This document shows, piece after piece, positions 55,485 to 64,000 of a DNA stretch of 64,000 nt. The translations under genes and the position numbers were made by a program. The stretch lies in assembly GCA_034521815.1 (NCBI GenBank), contig JAXHLW010000013.1, positions 1,184,001-1,248,000 of the forward strand, given 5' to 3'. The notes beneath the pieces were generated by a model. That model was not told where the DNA came from. It ran no database searches and worked only from the letters and a program-made list of their open reading frames with translations. Positions within the stretch are counted from its first letter, which is position 1; each line of letters starts with the position of its first letter. This stretch comes from Trueperaceae bacterium. GTDB taxonomy: Bacteria > Deinococcota > Deinococci > Deinococcales > Trueperaceae.

Positions 55485-56471
55485 ATGTTGGACCTCATCA
55501 TCATCGGCGCCGGCCCGATCGGTCTCGAAGCCGCCATCCGGGCCAAACGGGCTGGCCTTCGCTACCGCGTCCTCGAGAAGGGCGCGCTGGTGGACGCCAT
55601 CTACCGCTACCCGACCTACATGACGTTCTTCACCACCAGCGAGCGCCTCGAGATCGGCGGACATCCGCTGGTCACCGCCACCGACAAGCCGACGCGCAAG
55701 GAGGCGCTGGACTACTACCGGAAGGTCGCGCACGCCGAGGCGCTCGAGATCGAGGCGTACACGAAGGTGACGGCCCTCCGCCGCGACGCGGACGGGTTCG
55801 AGGTGACCGCCGCTCATCGCGACGGCGAGCCCCGCACCCTCCGCAGTCGCTTCGTCGCGCTGGCCACGGGCTACTTCGATCACCCCAACCGGCTGGGCGT
55901 CCCCGGGGAGGACCTCCCGCACGTCTCGCATTACTACGACGAGGCGCACCCCTACTACGGCCAGGAGGTCACGATCGTGGGGGCCGGGAGCAGCGCGGCG
56001 GACGCGGCGCTGGACCTGTTCCGGGCCGGAGCGCGCGTCACGATGGTGCACCGCGGCGACGACTTCCGGCACAGCCTGAAGTACTGGATCCGGCCCAACC
56101 TCGAGAACCGCGTGAAGGAGGGGTCGATCGTCGCGCACTTCCGCACCGAGATCGAGGAGATTCGTGACGACGCCGTGATCGCGACGAAGGACGGGCGCCG
56201 CCTCACGATCCCGGCCGAGCGCGTGTTCCTGCTGACCGGCTACCACGCCGCGGGCGACCTGCTGGACCAGGTGGGTGCCGTGACGGACGAGGTTACGCTG
56301 GCCGCCGAGCTCGACGAGCAGTTCCAGACCACCGTGCCCGGCCTGTACTGCATCGGGTCGGCCGGCTTCGGGCGCAGGACCAGCGACGTGTTCATCGAGA
56401 ACGGTTTGGTGCACGCCGAGGTGGCGATCACGGACGTCGCCCAGAGGGCGGGGACGCCGGCCGACGCCTGA
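55485..56471 (+). CDS. YpdA-family putative bacillithiol disulfide reductase
   Basis: IIGAGPIGL, YP..MTFF.TSERLEIG, ATGYFD.PN, SHYY.E.HPY, KYWIRP, FIENG..H. Confidence 0.88.
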   Translation: MLDLIIIGAGPIGLEAAIRAKRAGLRYRVLEKGALVDAIYRYPTYMTFFTTSERLEIGGHPLVTATDKPTRKEALDYYRKVAHAEALEIEAYTKVTALRRDADGFEVTAAHRDGEPRTLRSRFVALATGYFDHPNRLGVPGEDLPHVSHYYDEAHPYYGQEVTIVGAGSSAADAALDLFRAGARVTMVHRGDDFRHSLKYWIRPNLENRVKEGSIVAHFRTEIEEIRDDAVIATKDGRRLTIPAERVFLLTGYHAAGDLLDQVGAVTDEVTLAAELDEQFQTTVPGLYCIGSAGFGRRTSDVFIENGLVHAEVAITDVAQRAGTPADA

Positions 56472-56521
56472 GGTTTCGCGTTCGCGGGGGCCGGGCGTCT
56501 ACACTTGACGCGGAGGTCGCG

Positions 56522-57016
56522 ATGAATTCGCCACGCCGCATCGGTCTGCTGCTCATCGTCGTCGGTCTGGTGTTCTTCGTCGCCCGGGTGGGCGGCGGAA
56601 CGGCATGGCCGCTTTTCGTCATCGTCCCAGGCGCCGCCATGCTGGCCGTCGCGTTGGCAGGGCCCAGGGGCAACGCCGGGCTGGCCGTGCCCGGCAGCAT
56701 CGTCTCCGTCGTGGGCCTGGTGCTTCTCGTGCAGCAGGCGACGGGTACGTTCCACACCTGGAGCTACGTCTGGGGACTGGTCCTGGCGTCGGTCGGCGTG
56801 GGCTCGTTCCTCCAGGCCAGCATCGAAGAGAACCCCCAGGGGCAGCGCGAAGGGGTACGCCTCACGGTGCTGGGGCTGGCCCTGTTCGCGGCGTTCGGCG
56901 CGTTCTTCGAGCTTTTGGTCTTCGGCGGCGCGATGCAAGGCGTCCTCGGCTGGCTCCTTCCCCTGGCGCTCATCGTCGGCGGCGTCTGGATGCTGCGCCG
57001 AGGAGACAGCGCGTGA
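56522..57016 (+). CDS. Polytopic membrane protein (LiaF/DUF5668-like TM repeats)
   Basis: GLLLI..G..F, WPLFVIVPG, WSYVW, LLP.ALI.GG.W pattern; GGAGG RBS. Confidence 0.65.
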   Translation: MNSPRRIGLLLIVVGLVFFVARVGGGTAWPLFVIVPGAAMLAVALAGPRGNAGLAVPGSIVSVVGLVLLVQQATGTFHTWSYVWGLVLASVGVGSFLQASIEENPQGQREGVRLTVLGLALFAAFGAFFELLVFGGAMQGVLGWLLPLALIVGGVWMLRRGDSA

Positions 57017-57429
57017 CGTCCGCTCGCACGCGCTCCCTGGCGGCGGGCCGGATCGTCCTGCTGGACGACGCAGGCGACCTCGCGGCGGACCATGCGGGCC
57101 GGATCGTCGTGTGCGGCGATCCGGCCACGCTTCGTACCGCCCGCGCGCTGCTTCGCTACCCCCCGTCGCTGGCCGTGCTGCACGATGCCGGCGTCGGCAA
57201 GGACGGCGCGGGCACGGCGGGTCTGGACCGGCTGGCGGACGTGCACGTGCCGGCGGTCGCCGTCGCGCACGACAGCGCCCGTTTGGGAGACGCCGAGGAC
57301 GTGCTCGAGCAGGGACGGATCGCGCACCTGAACGCCCCCGCCCGGGCGCTGGGGCTGGAGGAGGGTCCGCTGCTCCGTCAGCTCGCCCGGCCCAGGTCCG
57401 CCCACGTCCGGAAGCTCTCCCCCGCCTGA
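57013..57429 (+). CDS. Conserved-looking hypothetical protein
   Basis: GTGA overlap with the upstream gene; motif HDAGVGKDGAG..GL and SARLGDA..G.I...N..A..LG. Confidence 0.6.
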   Translation: MTSARTRSLAAGRIVLLDDAGDLAADHAGRIVVCGDPATLRTARALLRYPPSLAVLHDAGVGKDGAGTAGLDRLADVHVPAVAVAHDSARLGDAEDVLEQGRIAHLNAPARALGLEEGPLLRQLARPRSAHVRKLSPA

Positions 57430-57469
57430 GTCGCCCCGCCACACCGGTCGAACCGGTAGCCTTGCCGGC

Positions 57470-58522
57470 ATGGATCTCGATCTGGACTTCCTCAAGGCGC
57501 TCCTTTCCGCTCCCGGTCCCAGCAGCTTCGAGTCGCGTCCCGCGGCGGTGTTTCGCGACCGTGCCGCGGCGCTGGGACTCGCGACGCGACAGGACGCGTA
57601 CGGCAGCGTGTTCGCCATCGCGGGCGAGGGCCGGCGGCCGCGCCTGCTGCTGTCGGGCCACATCGACGAGATCGGTCTGATCGTCACGCACGTCGACGAG
57701 AAGGGGTTCGCCTGGTTCAAGGCGGTGGGCGGCTGGGACGCTCAGCAGCTCGTCGGCCAGCGGGTGCGGGTGGTCGGACGCGACGGCGACGTCGTCGGCC
57801 TGATCGGCAAGAAGCCGATCCACCTGATGTCGGTCGAAGACCGCCGGAAGGTATCGAAGATCGAGGACCTGTGGATCGACGTCGGCGCGACGGACCGGGA
57901 CGACGCCCTGAAGGCGATCGAGCCGGGCGACGTCGCCGTCGTCGAGCAGCCGCTCGTCGAGCTCCGGAACGGTCGGATCGCCAGCAAGGCGATCGACGAT
58001 CGGATCGGGGCGTACGTCGCGCTCGAGGTCGCGCGCCGCTCGCGCGACGGAGGCTGCGAGGTGATCGCCAGCGCGACGGTGCAGGAGGAGATCGGCGGGG
58101 TGGGAGCGGCCGCCGCGGCGTACGGCCTGGAGCCCGACGTCGCCATCGCGATCGACGTGACGCACGCCACCGACGTGCCGGGCATCGAAGCGCGCAAGGA
58201 GGGCGAGCACGCCTTGGGCTCGGGGCCCGAGCTGGCCGTCGGCTCGTACGTCCACCGCGGCGTCCTGGAGCTGTTGCGTGCCACGGCGGACGAGGAGGGG
58301 ATCGCCGTGACGATCGGCACCTCGCCGTCCCGCACGGCGACGGACGCGGACCAGCTCGCCCGGGCGCGTGCCGGCGTCCCCTCGGCCGTCGTGTCGGTGC
58401 CGAACCGCTACATGCATTCACCCAACGAGATGGTCGCGCCCGAGGACGTCGAAGCGGTCGTTCGACTCCTCGTCGCCTTCGCGCGCCGCCTGCCCGACGC
58501 GCACCCGATCGCACAGCCCTGA
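57470..58522 (+). CDS. M42 family metallo-aminopeptidase
   Basis: GHIDEIG, KAIDDRIG, VQEEIG, AIDVTHA, TDAD, RYMHSP.E. Confidence 0.93.
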   Translation: MDLDLDFLKALLSAPGPSSFESRPAAVFRDRAAALGLATRQDAYGSVFAIAGEGRRPRLLLSGHIDEIGLIVTHVDEKGFAWFKAVGGWDAQQLVGQRVRVVGRDGDVVGLIGKKPIHLMSVEDRRKVSKIEDLWIDVGATDRDDALKAIEPGDVAVVEQPLVELRNGRIASKAIDDRIGAYVALEVARRSRDGGCEVIASATVQEEIGGVGAAAAAYGLEPDVAIAIDVTHATDVPGIEARKEGEHALGSGPELAVGSYVHRGVLELLRATADEEGIAVTIGTSPSRTATDADQLARARAGVPSAVVSVPNRYMHSPNEMVAPEDVEAVVRLLVAFARRLPDAHPIAQP

Positions 58523-58550
58523 CGGTCGGTCCTGACGGTCGGTCCTGACG
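58518..58550 (+). repeat. 13-bp tandem repeat (CCTGACGGTCGGT x2.5) spanning the M42 stop codon
   Basis: Directly visible. Confidence 0.85.
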
Positions 58551-58595
58551 TTCATCCCTGAGCCGGGCTCGCCGGCGTCGCGGTAGGCTCGACGT

Positions 58596-61160
58596 GTGCG
58601 CCTCGTCGTCACGCACGAGCAACCCGACTTCGACGCGCTGGCCAGCCTGGCTCTAGCGCGGCGGCTCCATCCGGACGCGCGGGTCGCGCTGCCCGACGCG
58701 CTGCCCGACGAGGTCCGTGCCTGCCTCGGCCTGTACTGGGATCGCCTCGACCCGCTGGACGCCGTCGAAGCGTCGAAACGGCCGATCGCGGAGCTGATCG
58801 TCGTCGACACCGCCGATCGGACGCGGCTGGGACCGTTCGAGCGTCACGTGGACGAGGTCCCGCTCGTCGTGTACGACCACCACCCCGCTCCCCGCGAGGC
58901 CAGCGCGCTCCCCACCGGCAGAGGGATCGTCGACCGGGTGGGAGCGACGGTGACGCTGCTGGTCCGCGAGCTGCGCAGACGTGACGACGCGCTGCCAGCC
59001 GAGCTGGCCAGCCTGGCGCTGCTGGGTCTGCACCAGGACACCGGTGGGTTCTCGTACGACCTCACGACGCCAGAAGACCACGACGCCGCGTCGTGGCTGC
59101 TCCGCCGCGGCGGAACGCTGGACCTGGTGCGGCGGTTCGCGCGGGGCACCTACGGCGAGGAGCACCAGGCGTTCCGGACGCGCATGGTGGCCAAGGCGCG
59201 CCTCGAGCAGGTGGCGGGACGACCGGTCGCCGTCTCGGCGTTCGAGTGGCCGCGCTACCTCGCGGACGTCTCGGCGCTCGCGAACGAGCTGCTCGAGCTG
59301 CACCGGGCCGATGCGGCGCTGCTGGCGGTCCGCATGGACGAGCGGACCTTGTTGTTCGCGCGTGCGGCCGGCGACACCTTCGACGTCGGCGCGGCGCTGC
59401 GCGAGGCGGCGAGCGGCGGAGGCCATCCCGGTGCGGCGTTCGCGCGGACCCGGACGGGGCTCGATCAGGCGACCCGGGCGGCGCTCGCCGCCCTGGCGCG
59501 GCACGCCAGACCGCCGCTCCGGGCTCGCGACCTGATGAGCACGCCGGTCAGGACCATCCCTCCCGACGCGACGGTGCACGAGGCCAGCCGCCTGCTTCTC
59601 CGGTACGGACACAACGGCCTGCCGGTCGTCGCGCAGCCGTCGGACGGCGAGGAGGCCGAGGCGGTAGGCGAGGTCGTGGGCGAGGTCGTGGGCGTGGTGT
59701 CTCGCCGGGACCTGGAACGGGCCCTTCAGCACGGCTTGGGCAGGTCACGCGTCGCCGGGTTCATGGGCACGCCGGCGGTGACGGCCGAGCCCGACGCGAC
59801 GCTGGAGCGGTTGGAGACGATGGTCGCCGAGCACGGCGTCGGCAGGCTTCCGATCGTGCAGGACGGCCGCCTCGTGGGCATCGTGACGCGCAGCGACCTG
59901 CTGGAAGCGCGCCACGGGCCGTACGCCGGAGAGGACGATCCTGTCGGCCGGATCGTCGAACGGGTCGAGGCCCAAGCGTCGTCGGCCCTGCAGGTTCTGA
60001 AGAACGCTCTCCCGGAGGGTGCCCGTCTGTACCTGGTGGGGGGCTCGGTCCGGGACGCGTTGCTGGGCGCCTCTCTGACCGACCTGGACCTGGCCGTCGA
60101 GGGTGGCCGTGCGGCTCCGTTGATCGACGCCCTGGCCGCCGCCACGGGCCGTCACCATACTCGCCACGACGCGTTCGGCACCGCCTCCGTCCGGCTTCCC
60201 GGCGGCCTCGGGGTGGACGTCGCGACGGCCAGGGAGGAGCGCTACCCCGAGCCTGGCGCGCTGCCCGAGGTGGTGCACAGCGACGTTCGCCGCGATCTGG
60301 CGCGACGCGATTTCACGGTGAACGCGATGGCGCTACGGCTGACGCCGGGGCCTCCGCAGCTGCTCGATCCGTTCGGAGGACTCGCCGACCTGCGTCGCGG
60401 CGTGCTGCGAACGCTGCATCCGCTGTCGTTCACCGAGGACGCGACGCGAATCGTCCGCGGGGCCCGGCTTTCGGGGCGGCTGGGGTTCGCGTTCGACGAC
60501 GAGACCGGCAAGCAGGCCCGGCGAGCGCTCGCGGAGGGCCGGTCCCAGACGATCAGCGCGGAACGACTTCGGTCCGAGCTCGAAGCGACGCTCCGGGAGC
60601 CGGTCCCTTCGCGCGCCCTGGCGGTGCTCGAGAAGCTCGGAGCGTTGCGAGCGATGTACGGTCTGGCGCATCCGGCCGAGGTGCTGGTCGAGCTCGACGC
60701 GCTTCGCGAAGCGGGTCGTCCGGTGCCGCCTGCCGCGTTCTTGCTGGCGATGATGGTGCCCCTCGCGAACGACGAGGCCGCCGCCGTCGTCGCGCGGTTC
60801 CACCTTCCCTCGCGCAGATCGGGTCAGGTGGCCCGCATCCGAGAGCTCATCGCCGGCGCGGAGCCGACGGACGACGTGCTCCACGGGCTCGGCCGTGAGG
60901 GACGCGCCGTCCTGGAGGCGCACGGCCGGCCGCACCGGGAGCGCGTGCGGGCGCTCGAGAGCCTGGCGGGCCGCCGAAGGCTGCGCGGGCGGGACCTGCT
61001 AGACTTGGGGATGACTCCCGGCCCCGAGGTGGGCCGGATCCTCGACGAGGTAGCACGGGCACGACGGCAGGGGCGCGTCGACGGTTTCGGCGACGAGCTC
61101 GACCTCGCACGCCGCTTGGTCGCGCGTGCCCGTGGCCAAGGGGAACCCCGTGACCTCTAG
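58596..61160 (+). CDS. tRNA nucleotidyltransferase with DHH/DHHA1 + tandem CBS domains (A-adding-type architecture)
   Basis: TH..PDFD, VVD, DHH, DTG, GGGH; two CBS domains; VGGSVRD.LLG...DLD, ATAR.E.Y, RRDFTVNAMA, SF.EDATRI.R. Confidence 0.9.
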   Translation: MRLVVTHEQPDFDALASLALARRLHPDARVALPDALPDEVRACLGLYWDRLDPLDAVEASKRPIAELIVVDTADRTRLGPFERHVDEVPLVVYDHHPAPREASALPTGRGIVDRVGATVTLLVRELRRRDDALPAELASLALLGLHQDTGGFSYDLTTPEDHDAASWLLRRGGTLDLVRRFARGTYGEEHQAFRTRMVAKARLEQVAGRPVAVSAFEWPRYLADVSALANELLELHRADAALLAVRMDERTLLFARAAGDTFDVGAALREAASGGGHPGAAFARTRTGLDQATRAALAALARHARPPLRARDLMSTPVRTIPPDATVHEASRLLLRYGHNGLPVVAQPSDGEEAEAVGEVVGEVVGVVSRRDLERALQHGLGRSRVAGFMGTPAVTAEPDATLERLETMVAEHGVGRLPIVQDGRLVGIVTRSDLLEARHGPYAGEDDPVGRIVERVEAQASSALQVLKNALPEGARLYLVGGSVRDALLGASLTDLDLAVEGGRAAPLIDALAAATGRHHTRHDAFGTASVRLPGGLGVDVATAREERYPEPGALPEVVHSDVRRDLARRDFTVNAMALRLTPGPPQLLDPFGGLADLRRGVLRTLHPLSFTEDATRIVRGARLSGRLGFAFDDETGKQARRALAEGRSQTISAERLRSELEATLREPVPSRALAVLEKLGALRAMYGLAHPAEVLVELDALREAGRPVPPAAFLLAMMVPLANDEAAAVVARFHLPSRRSGQVARIRELIAGAEPTDDVLHGLGREGRAVLEAHGRPHRERVRALESLAGRRRLRGRDLLDLGMTPGPEVGRILDEVARARRQGRVDGFGDELDLARRLVARARGQGEPRDL

Positions 61161-61181
61161 GGAAAGGCGGACCGACCCGAC

Positions 61182-61814
61182 GTGATCCTGCGCTACTTGA
61201 ACGATCCCACCACGCTGGTGGTCAGCGCCATCGTGATGGTGTTCGCGCTGATGTTCCACAACGTGTTCCAGACCTGGGTCGCCGCGCGACTCGGCGACAC
61301 CCGTCCCAAGGCCGCCGGCTTCGGCCAGTTCGAGCCGCAGCAGCAGCTCGAGCCCATGGGCGTCGTGCTGCTGTTCCTGCTGGGCTTCGGCTGGCCGCGG
61401 ATGGTGCCGATCAACGGCCGCGCCTACAGCGGCCGGGGCCGGCGCGAGGCGCTGGCCTGGTACGCCGGCCCTCTTGCGTACCTGATCGTCGGGTTCGCGT
61501 GCGTGCTGATCGGCTCGGTCTTCCTGGCGTCCGGATCGCCCGAGCTGTACCGGTCGTTCCTGGTGGCCGCCTCGTTCGCCGTGCTGCACGCCGTGATCAA
61601 CCTGTTCCCGGTCTTCCCGCTCGACGGGGCGATGGCGATGCTGGCGTGGGGCAACCGCTCGGTCCGCTCGTTCATCCAACAGATCCGCCAGTTCGGCATC
61701 ATGGGCTTCCTGGTGGTCTTCCTCGTCCTCAGCTACACCGGCGTGATCGCTTTTCTGCAGAGCCTGTTCCTGACGGTGTTCCAGAGCATCGTTCGGCTTC
61801 TGCCCGGGCTCTGA
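61182..61814 (+). CDS. Site-2 protease (M50) homolog with degenerate active site
   Basis: FHNVFQ at the HExxH position, LGD..P, FGW.R.VPIN, AGP, NLFPVFPLDG. Confidence 0.8.
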   Translation: MILRYLNDPTTLVVSAIVMVFALMFHNVFQTWVAARLGDTRPKAAGFGQFEPQQQLEPMGVVLLFLLGFGWPRMVPINGRAYSGRGRREALAWYAGPLAYLIVGFACVLIGSVFLASGSPELYRSFLVAASFAVLHAVINLFPVFPLDGAMAMLAWGNRSVRSFIQQIRQFGIMGFLVVFLVLSYTGVIAFLQSLFLTVFQSIVRLLPGL

Positions 61815-61826
61815 CGGCCGCCCGCG

Positions 61827-63856
<2,030 letters not shown>

Positions 63857-63860
<4 letters not shown>

Positions 63861-64000
63861 GCGACCTCCACGATGACGACGGTGACGTTGTCGGGGCCGC
63901 CACGCTCGTTCGAGAGCGCGATGAGCGAGTCGACCGCCGTCTGAGGATCCGGACCGCGCCGGATCTCGTCGAGGATCTCGTCCGACTCGACCAGGCCGTG
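63857..64000 (-). CDS. PP2C/Stp1-type Ser/Thr phosphatase (3' end only)
   Basis: Translates HGLVESDEILDEIRRGPDPQTAVDSLIALSNERGGPDNVTVVIVEVA*; GG.DN.T motif; ATGA overlap with the kinase start. Confidence 0.85.

Overview
High-GC bacterial chromosome window, most consistent with Deinococcota (Truepera/Deinococcus/Thermus-like). The assignment rests on Thermus-like TrmH and TmpR, a YpdA, a DHH-CBS-nucleotidyltransferase and many genes with a TAnnnT box 5-8 nt before the start codon. The window is mostly housekeeping: tpiA, argB, ppc, lipBA, ppa, pdxS/pdxT, a class A PBP, trpEG-GT2-trpD, fabI, glmM-kynB-kynU, rpsT, pilC, nth and four tRNAs (Leu-GAG, Arg-ACG, Ser-GCT, Ser-TGA). A more accessory stretch at about 41-53 kb holds transporters, an ABC1 kinase, a membrane hydrolase, two gene remnants and a Zn-dependent dehydrogenase. 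I saw no CRISPR array, integrase or transposase. The best candidate for an undescribed system is an exbB-exbD operon whose third gene has a TonB/TolA-type anchor and Pro-rich stalk but ends in a DUF3048 (YerB-like) domain. Other oddities are a site-2-protease homolog lacking HExxH, a glycosyltransferase inside the trp operon, a possible Trp leader peptide, a kinase-NHL fusion with unusual topology, and short tandem duplications at gene ends. Isolated frameshifts, including one in fabI, suggest residual indel errors in the assembly. All family calls are by-eye motif recognition, not database searches.
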